Assembly: GCA_027356795.1 (NCBI GenBank)
Contig: DAHVXI010000045.1
Location: forward strand, 4,303 to 68,302
Direction of reading: 5' to 3'
Length of the DNA stretch: 64,000 nucleotides
Origin: Chloroflexota bacterium
Lineage (GTDB): Bacteria; Chloroflexota; UBA6077
Positions within the stretch are counted from its first letter, which is position 1. The number at the start of each line of letters is the position of its first letter. Below are positions 1 to 9,900 of the stretch, one piece after another. The notes below the pieces were generated by a model, which worked only from the letters and a program-made list of their open reading frames with translations, ran no database searches and was not told where the DNA came from. Both the position numbers and the translations under genes were made by a program.

Positions 1-449
1 TCAGGGCCCCAGTAGCTGGTGGTGGCGATGCCGGTCTTCACCAGGTAGGCCTCGGCCTTCTTGGCTACGTGGCGGGGATCCCTGGAGTATGGCACCCCCT
101 TGATGGGATCCATCACGTCGCAGACGACGACGAGCGTGGGCACGTCGAGGGTGGGATCCACGAAGGCCGAAGCGGCATCGGGCATCAGCAGCATGTCGCT
201 CTCGTGGATCTTCTGGAAGCCCCGGATGCTGGAACCGTCGAAGCCCAGCCCGGACTTGAAGCAGTCGGCTTCGAACTCCTGGACGGGCGTGGAGAAGTGC
301 TGCCAGGTGCCGGGCAGGTCCACGAAGCGATAGTCGATCATCTTCACGCCCTGTGCCCGGGCGAAAGCCACTATCTCCTCGGGCTCGGTCAGGGTCGCCT
401 TCTCCTTGCCCGGGAGCGAGATGCCAGGAATGTCAGACGTTATTGCCAC
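1..449 (-). CDS. glnA: Glutamine synthetase type I, N-terminal part (runs off window start)
   Basis: Manual minus-strand translation (not in ORF track): ...VKMIDYRFVDLPGTWQHFSTP...FDGSSIRGF...DPRHVAKKAEAYL...YWGPE. GTG start at 449 with GGGGAGG SD upstream. Confidence 0.93.
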   Translation of the reverse strand, partial: MAITSDIPGISLPGKEKATLTEPEEIVAFARAQGVKMIDYRFVDLPGTWQHFSTPVQEFEADCFKSGLGFDGSSIRGFQKIHESDMLLMPDAASAFVDPTLDVPTLVVVCDVMDPIKGVPYSRDPRHVAKKAEAYLVKTGIATTSYWGP

Positions 450-509
450 CTACCGTACCTCCCCTCACTGCTTATTGGATGATCGCTCCAGGAAAGGCTG
501 GAGCGGCCC

Positions 510-710
510 TCAGTCTTCTATGCAGGCCCGCTCGTAGCGGGCGTGGAAGTCCACCAGTTCCTGCTCGAGAGCCGGCTGCCACTGTCCGCTACCCTGGGAG
601 AGATTCAGCGCAAAAGGTCGGAGCCAGGTGAGCCTCTGGTCCACGACCGCCGCTCCGCTTCTCACGCCGTCGCCCTTGTCCACCTTCCAACCGTGAATGC
701 TCTCGGACAT
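510..710 (-). CDS. Small hypothetical protein (66 aa) upstream of glnA
   Basis: ATG preceded by GGAGG SD, downstream of a sigma70-like promoter, co-oriented with glnA; no family recognised. Confidence 0.5.
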   Translation of the reverse strand: MSESIHGWKVDKGDGVRSGAAVVDQRLTWLRPFALNLSQGSGQWQPALEQELVDFHARYERACIED

Positions 711-723
711 AGCCAGCCTCCAA

Positions 724-823
724 TGCAGAACTGCACGATAGGTAGGCTAACAGTGGGGAGTCAAGGGGTCTACGTGCAGGGCGTCAGAAAAGCGGGGGCG
801 GGTGTTTGTGCAAAGTGCACAAA
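724..823 (-). promoter_or_regulatory. Putative sigma70 promoter with palindromic operator-like sites for the small ORF-glnA unit
   Basis: Minus strand TTGACT(764-759)-N18-TATCGT(740-735); palindromes TGCAG-AA-CTGCA (724-735) and TTTGTGCA-AAG-TGCACAAA (805-823). Confidence 0.5.
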
Positions 824-846
824 GGAGACGGGGCGACGGGGAGGTT

Positions 847-940
847 CCCTCTCCCTCTGGGAGAGGGTCGGGGTGATGAGGTCTCCCTCTCCCAGAGGGA
901 GAGGCGGGGGACCGAGGGCGGCCTCTCCTAGGGGGAGAGG
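847..940. repeat. Cluster of REP-like palindromes (CCCTCTCCC-N3-GGGAGAGGG family)
   Basis: Three copies here; related copies at about 22016-22048, 24952-24991 and 33651-33707. Confidence 0.8.
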
Positions 941-962
941 CGAAGACGGCCTCTCTCCTGAG

Positions 963-2696
963 TCAGCCCTTCTCCACGTACCGGTTGGTTATCGGCAGCC
1001 GCCGGTCGCGGCCGAAGGCGCGGGGGGTTACCTTGATGCCGGGCGGCGCTTGGCGGCGCTTGTACTCGGCCCGGTCCACCATGGCAGCCACCCGGCGGAC
1101 GATCGCCTCCGGGTAACCGAGGGCTACGATCTCCTCGATGCTGCGATCTTCCTCCACGTAGGCCTGGAGAATGGGATCGAGGGTCGAGTAGGGGGGCAGG
1201 CTGTCCACGTCTCGCTGATCGGGCCTCAGCTCCGCGGAGGGCTCCTTCACCATCACGCTCTCGGGGATCACCGGCGAGACGCTGTTGCGGTACTCGGACA
1301 GTTGGTACACCAGGGTCTTGGGGACATCCTTGATCACCGCGAAGCCGCCGGCCATGTCCCCGTACAGGGTGGCGTAGCCCGTGGCCATCTCGCTCTTGTT
1401 GCCGGTGGTTAGCACCAGGTAGCCGAACTTGTTGGAGAGGGCCATCAGGGTGTTCCCCCGCACCCGGGCCTGGAGGTTCTCCTCGGCGATGTTGGGCTCC
1501 GTCCCTCGGAAGGGCTCCTCCAGCATCTGGAGCAGCCCCTGGAAGGCCGGCTCGATGGGGATGGTCATCATCTCGATGCCCAGCCTGCGGGCCAGCTCGG
1601 CGGCGTCGTCACGGCTCCCCTTGGAGGAGTAGCGGGAGGGCATGGAGACACCGGAGACGTTGCCGGCTCCCAGGGCGTCCACCGCGATGGCGGCCGTCAG
1701 GCTGGAGTCGATCCCGCCGGAGAGCCCGATGACCACCTTCTGGAAGCGATTCTTTCGGGCGTAGTCTCGCGTGCCCAGCACGAGGGCCGCGAAAACCTCG
1801 GCCGGGCCCTCCAGGAGGGTTGCCTCCTCCTTCGGCAGGGGAGCTTTCTTGGCCACGGCCGGCTGTTCGGAGAGCACGATCCTGGGCGTCGGCATGCCGG
1901 CCGGCACGGGGAAGACGGGCTCCTCCCGCCGGCGAGGGTCGTGAAGCCTGGATCGGAAGACGGCTTCCACGTCCAGGTCGGCGATCAGCAGCTCCTCCTC
2001 GAACTGCTTCGCGTGGGCCACCAACCGGCCAGTCTGGTCGTACACGAAGCTGGCGCCGTCGAAGACCAGCTCGTCCTGCCCCCCCACGGCGTTCACGTAG
2101 CAGACCAGCACCTCGTTATCCACGGCTCGGGTGGCCACCATCCGCTCCCGGCGAGCTCGCTTGCCCATGTCGTAAGGAGAGGAGTTGATGTTCACCAGCA
2201 GTTGGGCTCCCGCCTGGGACTGGATGGCGGCGGGGCCGGTGGGATACCAGATGTCCTCGCAGACGCTGACCCCTACCTTCACCCCGGCTATGACGAAGGT
2301 GGGTTGCTCCATTCCCCGCCGGAAGTAGCGCTCCTCGTCGAAGACCCCGTAGTTGGGGAGGAACACCTTGTGATAGACGTGGGCCAGGGAGCCGTCGTGA
2401 AGGACGGCGGCGGCGTTGTAGATGTCGTCGTCGGCGTCCACGAACCCCAGTACCGCGGTGATGCCCTTGGCCCTGGCGGCGATCTCCTGGATGCAGGCCA
2501 GGTTGTCCTTGATGAACTGGGGCTTCAGCAGCAGGTCCTCCGGGGGATAGCCGGTGAGGGCCAGCTCCGGGAAGGCCACGAGGTCGGCCCCCGACTGGCG
2601 GGCTTGGTCCATGTAGTCCAGTATCTTGGCCTGGTTGCCCTCCAGGTCTCCCACGGTGGGATTGATCTGGGCCAGAGCCACCCTCAGGGAAAGCAT
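963..2696 (-). CDS. nadE: Glutamine-dependent NAD+ synthetase
   Basis: N-terminal nitrilase domain (FPEL, YHK, ICED-like VCED) plus synthetase motifs SGGIDS, ENLQAR, TGNKSE, GYATLYGD, PSAEL, EYKRRQ. Confidence 0.96.
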   Translation of the reverse strand: MLSLRVALAQINPTVGDLEGNQAKILDYMDQARQSGADLVAFPELALTGYPPEDLLLKPQFIKDNLACIQEIAARAKGITAVLGFVDADDDIYNAAAVLHDGSLAHVYHKVFLPNYGVFDEERYFRRGMEQPTFVIAGVKVGVSVCEDIWYPTGPAAIQSQAGAQLLVNINSSPYDMGKRARRERMVATRAVDNEVLVCYVNAVGGQDELVFDGASFVYDQTGRLVAHAKQFEEELLIADLDVEAVFRSRLHDPRRREEPVFPVPAGMPTPRIVLSEQPAVAKKAPLPKEEATLLEGPAEVFAALVLGTRDYARKNRFQKVVIGLSGGIDSSLTAAIAVDALGAGNVSGVSMPSRYSSKGSRDDAAELARRLGIEMMTIPIEPAFQGLLQMLEEPFRGTEPNIAEENLQARVRGNTLMALSNKFGYLVLTTGNKSEMATGYATLYGDMAGGFAVIKDVPKTLVYQLSEYRNSVSPVIPESVMVKEPSAELRPDQRDVDSLPPYSTLDPILQAYVEEDRSIEEIVALGYPEAIVRRVAAMVDRAEYKRRQAPPGIKVTPRAFGRDRRLPITNRYVEKG

Positions 2697-2861
2697 CGCT
2701 GCACCTCTCGCCAGTCTGTTCGCACGGGGATTCTACAGTTTCTTGCCGGATGCCGCTACCTTACGCAGGGAAAGGGTTCGATCCCCCCACCGTGGCCTGG
2801 GGGGTGATTGCCGCCGACACCCGTGGCTCGCATCTTGGTATCCAGGCCTCGTGGCGAAATC

Positions 2862-4472
2862 ATGGATGGGGAGGGCGGGACTGTGCCCAGAGAGCGGCGC
2901 CCGAAGCTGGAGGGGGGACAGCCCGACCAAGGCACTCTGGCTGAGCGAGCCCTGCTGGCCGCGGTCAGCGAGTGCTCCGAGTGTGCCATCTTCGGCAAGA
3001 CCCTGGATGGCATCATCAACAGCTGGAACGCCGCCGCCGAAGGGCTTTTCGGCTACTCGGCCGAGGAGGCCATCGGGAAACCGTCCTCCATCCTCATCCC
3101 TCCGGACCGTACCCACGAGTTGCCGAACATCTTGGATCGGATCGGGAGAGGTGAGCGGCTGGAGCGCCACCAGACCGTCTGGCTGCGCAAGGACGGCCAC
3201 GGGATCGACGTAGCGGTGAGCGTGACCCCGATTAAGGACGATCGCGGCCGCGTAGTGGGTGCCGCCACCATTGCCCGGGACATTACCGAGCAAAAGCGAA
3301 CGGAGGAAGAACGGGAGCGGCTGCTGGCGGAGCTGAAGGAAGCCAACCAGCGGCTGGTGGCGGCCAACCGGCGAGGGCGAGAGCTGGCCGATCAGGCGCA
3401 GCGATGGGCAGCGGAACTGGATGCGGTGATCGAAGGAGTGGGTGAGGGGATCACCATTGCCGACGGCAATGGACGGATTCTGCGGCGCAACCGGGTGGGC
3501 AGGGAGATCCTGGGCCCTTCGCCGCAGATCGAGGAGGAGCAAAGGTGGACCGACTACGCCGGGCGCTTCGGCGTCCGTTACCTCGACAACCGGTCTGTGC
3601 CCTCGGAGCAGTTTCCCCTGGCCCGAGCCGTACGAGGGGAGGCGATCAGCGGTGAGGAGCTCATCCTCGTTCGCCCGGATGGGAGGAGACTCCATCTGCT
3701 CTTCAGCACCAGCGCCGTTCGGGACGAAGAGGGCCGTGTGGCTCTGGCCATGAGCATATACCGGGACATCACCCCCATACGGCTGCTGGAACAGGCTCGG
3801 GAGGAGTTCATCTCGCTGGTGGCCCACGATCTCCGCTCCCCCCTCACGATCATCACCGGCTTCGCCGGTCTGCTCCAACGTCTCCCACCTGAACAGCACG
3901 GCCGGACTCAGGAGCGCAAAGCGGTGGAAAGCATCCTCTCCAGCGCCAAACGGTTGGAGAGGATGGTCGCCGATCTTCTGGATGCCTCTCGCATCGAGAG
4001 CAACCGGCTCACGCTGGCGAAGGAGCCGGTGGACCTGCCGAGGTTGGTGGAGGAGTTGGTGGAGAGGACGGCGGAGATCACCAAGGGCCATCCCGTCCGG
4101 ATCGACGTCCACGGTCCCGTGCCCGCCGTCCTAGCGGATCCCACCCGTCTGGAGCAGGTGTTGGTGAACCTGCTCTCCAACGCTGCCAAGTACTCCTTCC
4201 CCCGCTGCGAGATCCTGCTGGAGCTCCAGCCTCGAGCTGGGGAAGTGTTGATCTCGGTGACCAATCGGGGTCTGGGGATAGCCCCGGAGGACCGTGACAT
4301 GATCTTCACCCGCTTCCATCGCACTCGAGCCGCCATCAAGGAGAAGGTGCCTGGGCTGGGGCTCGGCCTGTACATCAGCAAGGGGCTGGTGGAGGCCCAC
4401 GGGGGACGGATCTGGGTGGAGAGCGAGATGGGGAAGTCCACCTCCTTCCGCTTCACCCTGCCCGCGGCCTAG
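2862..4472 (+). CDS. Cytoplasmic PAS-PAS sensor histidine kinase (orphan)
   Basis: PAS (GIINSWNAAAE...FGY), H-box AHDLRSPL, N-box NLLSNAAKYS, G-box GLGLGLYI; start taken at ATG 2862. Confidence 0.9.
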   Translation: MDGEGGTVPRERRPKLEGGQPDQGTLAERALLAAVSECSECAIFGKTLDGIINSWNAAAEGLFGYSAEEAIGKPSSILIPPDRTHELPNILDRIGRGERLERHQTVWLRKDGHGIDVAVSVTPIKDDRGRVVGAATIARDITEQKRTEEERERLLAELKEANQRLVAANRRGRELADQAQRWAAELDAVIEGVGEGITIADGNGRILRRNRVGREILGPSPQIEEEQRWTDYAGRFGVRYLDNRSVPSEQFPLARAVRGEAISGEELILVRPDGRRLHLLFSTSAVRDEEGRVALAMSIYRDITPIRLLEQAREEFISLVAHDLRSPLTIITGFAGLLQRLPPEQHGRTQERKAVESILSSAKRLERMVADLLDASRIESNRLTLAKEPVDLPRLVEELVERTAEITKGHPVRIDVHGPVPAVLADPTRLEQVLVNLLSNAAKYSFPRCEILLELQPRAGEVLISVTNRGLGIAPEDRDMIFTRFHRTRAAIKEKVPGLGLGLYISKGLVEAHGGRIWVESEMGKSTSFRFTLPAA

Positions 4473-4599
4473 CGGGGCAGCCATGCCAGGATGCCGGCCA
4501 CGACCCCGGCCGGCAATGGACGCCAGTAGATAAGCCAGCATCAATCTGTTAATATGTGCTAGCGTCAGCATAACTCTCCGGCGAAGGCGGATCGCGAAT

Positions 4600-5826
4600 C
4601 TGATTCCAGCAGGGCCGAACAACCACAACTGGGGCAACTACGACTTCTCCAGGCGCACCATCGAGATTCTCGACACCTCCCTCCGTGATGGACTGCAGGA
4701 TGCCGAGATCCGCCATCCCACCCTCGACGAGAAGATGCAGCTCCTTCATCGCCTGCTTGACGTAGCCGTCGATGCGGTCGACATCGGAATCCCCGTTGCG
4801 GGGGGGCCCCATCTGAGGGATGCCATCAGACTGGCGAGCGAGCTGCCGGAGGAGGTGCAGGCGGTATGCCTGGCCAGGACCCTCGAGGCGGACGTCAGGG
4901 CGGCGGCGGAAATGGCGCAGCGCAGCGGGAGATCCATCGAGGTTATCCTTTTCGTAGGATCAAGCCCAGTCCGGCGCTGGGTGGAGGGCTGGCACGTCGC
5001 CGACATGATCTCCTGGATGGAGGGGAGCGTCGCCCTCGCCGTCCAGGAGGGGCTGAAACCCACCATCGCCACGGAGCACACCACCGAGACCGAGCCGGAG
5101 GTTATCCGGCAGATATTCCGTGCGGGCCTGGAATGTGGGGGCCAGAGAGTCTGCATCGCCGACACCAGCGGCGCGGCTACCCCGCGCAGTGTGGTCGCAC
5201 TCATCGACTTCTTCGAGGAGAATGTTCTCAACGGGTTTCCCGGCATCCCCATCGACTGGCACGGCCACGACGATCGCGGCCTATCCGTCGTGAACGCTCT
5301 CGCGGCCCTGGAGGCGGGAGCAACGCGGGTTCATGGGACCGTGCTCGGCATAGGGGAGAGGGCGGGGAACACGCCCCTGGAAGCCCTCCTCCTCAACCTC
5401 AAGATCGCTGGCGACCCGAGGCGGCAAGACATCAGCGGGACCACGGCCCTGAGCGAGTGCGGCTCCAGGATGTTCGAGGTGCCTCTCCGGGTGAATTACC
5501 CGGGCATCGGTCAAAAGGTGGGGGTGACGGCTTCCGGCATCCACGCCGCGGCCATGCTCAAGGCAAGACGTCTGGGCGTCGAGGCCGGGTTGCCCTACTC
5601 CGTGGTAGACCAAAGGTGGTTCAACAGGGAGGCCGACGTGAGGATCGGACCGCTGTCCGGTCGGGCAAACGTCGAGTGGGTTGCCCGGAAGCTCGGCATC
5701 CGCTGCTCCGACGAGCTGGTGGAGAAGGCCCTGGCGGCGGCCACGGAGATGAACCGTTTGCTGTCTGAAGAGGATCTAGTCGACATAGCCAACAGCTTGG
5801 AGGGTGGTGGCTATGGCATCTCCTAG
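4600..5826 (+). CDS. DRE-TIM metallolyase, 2-isopropylmalate/homocitrate synthase family, lacking C-terminal regulatory domain; probable non-AUG start
   Basis: DTSLRDGLQ motif lies in frame upstream of the track's ATG 4735; HGHDD metal motif, GIGERAGN, SGIH. The start at CTG 4600 is inferred. Confidence 0.85.
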   Translation: MIPAGPNNHNWGNYDFSRRTIEILDTSLRDGLQDAEIRHPTLDEKMQLLHRLLDVAVDAVDIGIPVAGGPHLRDAIRLASELPEEVQAVCLARTLEADVRAAAEMAQRSGRSIEVILFVGSSPVRRWVEGWHVADMISWMEGSVALAVQEGLKPTIATEHTTETEPEVIRQIFRAGLECGGQRVCIADTSGAATPRSVVALIDFFEENVLNGFPGIPIDWHGHDDRGLSVVNALAALEAGATRVHGTVLGIGERAGNTPLEALLLNLKIAGDPRRQDISGTTALSECGSRMFEVPLRVNYPGIGQKVGVTASGIHAAAMLKARRLGVEAGLPYSVVDQRWFNREADVRIGPLSGRANVEWVARKLGIRCSDELVEKALAAATEMNRLLSEEDLVDIANSLEGGGYGIS

Positions 5827-6790
5827 CTTCGACCCCAAAGCAGGCAAGAGGGTGGGACACATGAGCGGGAAAGGAACGCGCACCGAGCAGATACCCCTGG
5901 AGGATGGGACACTCAAGGTGGTATCGGTTCTATCCTTCCGGGAGCGTCACCACCTTCCGCAGGTGGTGGACGCGCTGCTGGCCGATGCGCCGGTGGCCTT
6001 TCATGGATGGGGAGTATCGGGCGTTTGTGGCCGGGTCGATGGGGCCAGCTACTTCCAGAAGTTCTGGAGCCTGAAGCAGGGCCGTCCGCCCGGCTCCAAG
6101 ATCCCCCTGCTGGAGCCACCGGAAGAGGTGGTCCGGCACGTGGACTGGCAGAAGGTTCACCCAGCGTACCGCTACCTTCGGGACCCGGCATCTTTGCGAA
6201 GGGTCTGGAAAGGACTTGCCCCTTTCCACCTGATATTCCCCTACAGGGTGGAAGGCGGTACCCTGTCTGAAGCCGTGGTGACGCCGGCCTTCGACCCCGA
6301 CGTTGCCCCGCACACTCCAGTTCCCACGGTTTGCTTCTTCTGGATCGACGACCCAGCCCTGGTTCGGTTGGTGCGGGAGGTGAAGGCGCAGAACCGAGGT
6401 GTGCAGCTTGGCGTCTCTTCCCTAAACGATCCCAAGCAAACGCCACCCTTCAACACCCCGGATCTCCTCGCCTACCTGAAGAGTCGCGGCATCGGCAGGT
6501 ACGACGTCGTCATAGAGGATCCGGTGGTGGAACCCATCGGCATCGCCAGCTCCCATTCGCAGTTCGTGGCTCCGCTGGAAGGAGAGGAGCCGGTGTGGGT
6601 GATGAAGCGGCGAGGCAGCTTCTCCGCACACGGCTTCACGATGCGGACCGGCTTTCCGGTCATCGGGGCTGAGACCGCCAAGGTTGCCGCGAGGCAGGCG
6701 GACCCGGAGCGAGACCTGGATGCCGAGGTGGAGGAGTGTGCGAGGAGGATTCGTCGTTGGCGCCTCAGGGAGACGTTTCACTGGTTCTGA
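5813..6790 (+). CDS. Divergent YrdC/Sua5/TsaC-fold protein
   Basis: VVDALL..PVAF....V.GV...LKQGRP, W....PFHLIFP, SSLN...PP and terminal RRG parallel TsaC motifs; GGAGGG SD; overlaps the stop of the upstream gene. Confidence 0.62.
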   Translation: MASPSFDPKAGKRVGHMSGKGTRTEQIPLEDGTLKVVSVLSFRERHHLPQVVDALLADAPVAFHGWGVSGVCGRVDGASYFQKFWSLKQGRPPGSKIPLLEPPEEVVRHVDWQKVHPAYRYLRDPASLRRVWKGLAPFHLIFPYRVEGGTLSEAVVTPAFDPDVAPHTPVPTVCFFWIDDPALVRLVREVKAQNRGVQLGVSSLNDPKQTPPFNTPDLLAYLKSRGIGRYDVVIEDPVVEPIGIASSHSQFVAPLEGEEPVWVMKRRGSFSAHGFTMRTGFPVIGAETAKVAARQADPERDLDAEVEECARRIRRWRLRETFHWF

Positions 6791-6801
6791 GCCCCTCCAC
6801 A

Positions 6802-6924
6802 GCTACTTACTACCTGATGGGGTGGGATCCGGAGACCGGCGTGCCAACCCGGCTTACCCTGGAGCGGCTGGGGCTGGACTGGGTGGCAGAGGATCTGGCC
6901 CTGCGTGGCAAGCTGCCCGGATAA
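6802..6924 (+). pseudogene. 3' remnant of aldehyde:ferredoxin oxidoreductase (AOR family)
   Basis: YYLMGWDPETGVPTRLTLERLGLDWV matches the typical AOR C-terminal signature; the rest of the gene is absent. Confidence 0.72.
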
Positions 6925-6927
6925 GGG

Positions 6928-6962
6928 CAGGAGGCGCGCGGCGAGACGCCGCGCGCCTCCTG
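6928..6962. terminator. Perfect 16-bp hairpin between convergent genes
   Basis: CAGGAGGCGCGCGGCG-AGA-CGCCGCGCGCCTCCTG. Confidence 0.7.
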
Positions 6963-6996
6963 TGGAAGACCGATTTGGCCTCAACTGGGTGGTGGC

Positions 6997-9900
6997 TCAG
7001 ACCTTCATCACCTTTACTCGGGTGTCGTAGAAGGAGGCGCTCCCACCGATAGGATCCGTGAGGCAGGTGGTCTTGGTTCCCTGATCCAGGGCCAGCAGGG
7101 CGTTGGTGCAGAGACCTGTTCCCCGCCGCGGGTCGGCGGGCACCCGCTGTCCGTCCACTTCGGTCTCTCGAGCGCCATAGGCCCAGTGGCCATAGGACCA
7201 GGATACCTGGACGGTTCCAGGCCTCACCCCCTCGACCGTCTGCACCTTGCCGACGATCACCTCCGGCTTGCCGGCCACCACCTCTATGGTGCCATCGGGG
7301 TTGGTGCGGGAGGAGAAGCGAACCAGGTCGCCGTCCTTGAGGCCCAGAGCTGCCAGGTCTTTGGGGTTCATCCGCACCCGGTTCTCGGGAAGCACGCCTC
7401 CCTGCGACCAGTAGTTGCCGGGCGTGCGGGATTGTCCGCCGGTGACCTCCTTGAAGGTCACCAGGTAGAAGGGATACTCCTCGTCCTTCACCGGCTCCCC
7501 GTTGCTGTTCTTCACCGGGTCGTAGCGGGTGATGCCGGAGTGCGGCTTGCCGGTGATGGAGTCCTTCCCTGCCGCCACCGGCTCCACGTAGAGGTTCAAC
7601 AGCTTTCCGTAGGGATGGCCGAGGTAGTTGCCGCTGTACGCCTTGTCGTACCCCTCGAAGCGGCCTCCCCGGTTGAGGACGTAAACGGTGCGCGCCCAGT
7701 TGGCTTCTCCCACGGCCCGCTTCCACTTGGCTTCGTCGAAAACCGCGGGGGGCATCGACTTGCGCGCTTCCCGGAAGATCCGCAGCTCCTCGGCGTCGGC
7801 TTGAGGCACACCGTCGGTGGGAGCATCGCCGGCCGCGATGTTCGCCACCGCCTTGAGGTAGTAGTCCTCCGGTCGGGTGAAATCCAGTCCCGAGTCGAAG
7901 CCGCCCTTTCCGTAGCCGGGTGTGCCCAGTGCCTCCGCGAAGGCGAGCATCATCGACTCCATGGAGATGGGCATCTCTTCGCCATACACGGTGACGATCT
8001 CCGGGATCGGGCCGACGATGGGCTGGCGTACCTTGACCCCCTTGGTCTTCTCGCTGGGGGTGAGCCCCAGGAAGGCCCAGCGCTCGGCGAAGGTCAGGTC
8101 CGGGAAGAGGTAGTCCGCGTACATGGAGGTCTCGCCGATCACCACGTCGTCGGCGATGAAGAGCGGCACCCTGTCCAGGTCGCGCAGCATCCGGATCTGG
8201 TCCCCGCCGCCTGGAACCGCCAGGGCAGGTGTCCCCATGTGCAGCCACAGGACCTTCGCCGGATAGGGATACTGGGCGTCGATGGCCGGGATGACCTCCT
8301 GGTATACGTTGGAGGTGTAGGGATAGAAGGGCCGAGGCGCGGGATAGCCTTTGAACAGGGTGGTGGCCTCGTACTGGACGCCCTCCCGGGTGATCTTGAC
8401 GCCGAAGGCAGCCATCTTGCCCGTGTGCTGCTTGTTCAGATCGAAGGGCTGCCCCTGCTTCCCTCCGTAGGAGGCCCACGCGCCGCCACCGGCGTTCAGT
8501 CCACCCTTCCAGTCGACGTTACCCACCATCAGATTGAGGGTGACCAGCGCCTGCGCGGTGTAGTAGCCGTTGGTGTGCTGGACCGCGCCGCGGTAGAACT
8601 CGACGGCGGCTTTCTTGCCGTGGCTGGTGAACTCCCGGGCAACGGCCTCGATCTGCCTCACCGGGATGCCGGCTATCTGGGCGTACTCCTCCAGGCTCTT
8701 GCCGGCTGCCTCTTCCTTGAGAAGCTGGAAGGCCGTCTTCGCCCGAAAGCCCTGGCCTTGCGCCTCGGCCAGCAGTTCGCCTTCCACGGGGTTCTTGTCG
8801 TCGTTGGGATCCACCGCCAGCAGTTGGCCGCCCTTGCTGACCACGAAGAGGTGGGCCGGGTCCTTACCTTCCGGCGCTGCCAGCCCCGCGTCCTTGGCCC
8901 GCAACAGCTTGCCCGGCAGGCCCTGGTCGTCGAGCTTCACCAGGTAGCTGGCATTGCTCCAGCTCTTCTCTTTCGCCGCTACGGCGGCCGCCTTGTTGGC
9001 GTTCTGAAGGAAGCCCTTGTCGTATCGCTGGTTATCGATGATCCACCGGATCATACCCATGGCCAGGGCGCTGTCGCCGTCGCCGGGCTTGACCGGCAGC
9101 CAGTACCTGGCCTTGGCGGCGGTCTTGGATAGCCGCGGGTCCACCACGGCGATCTGCATGCCCCGCTCCACCATTCCCCGGGTGACCTGTTCGGTCATGG
9201 AGGTGGGACCGAAGTTCGCCTCGAAGGGGCTCGTGCCCCAGAAGATCACGAACTCGGCGGCGGTGAAGTCGGGCTTCATGTGGTTGGGGCCCGGCGACCA
9301 GGCTCCCTTGTCGTACTGGGCGGTCATCCAGCTGTAGGCGATGTGATGGGACTGCTCGCAGATGGTGGTGTGGTCGTACCAGTTGTTGGAGCCGAAGCCG
9401 TTGATGACCCACCGCTTGGCGAAGTCGTTGCGGCCGGGCTCGATGCGGCCGGCCTGGAAGACGAGCTGGTTGTTCTTCGGCCCGAGATCCGGGTGATCGG
9501 GGTCGATCAGGAGGGACAGCTCGGAGGCATGCTTGGCCTTGAACTCCTCCAGGGTCATGGTCTTTTTCGCCACGGCCGCCGCGTCGTCGGCCAGGGCCTT
9601 GATCGTCTTGGCATCTTTGGCGGCGAAGATGTCCTTCAGACCGGGAATGGCGCGATCCTCGCCGACAGCTGCGAACAGCTTACCGCCCTGGACTATCTCC
9701 TTGATCGCCTGATCGAAGGGGATCGCCTGCCATCGGTTTGAGCCGCGGGGTCCGGCTCGCTTGAGCACCTTGCGGATGCGGTAGGGATCGTAGACGGTCT
9801 GGACGGTGGCCTGGCCCTTGGGGCACAGCTTCCCGTCCACCCTCGCTGCCTGGTCGAGGGGGGTGTCGTAGCTGATCTGCGGTAGCATGTTCTGCGGGCC

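Noticed and set aside
2772..2806. GGGTTCGATCCCC resembling a tRNA T-arm / att remnant
   Set aside because: Only a 3-bp stem, with no acceptor, D or anticodon arms and no partner repeat found.
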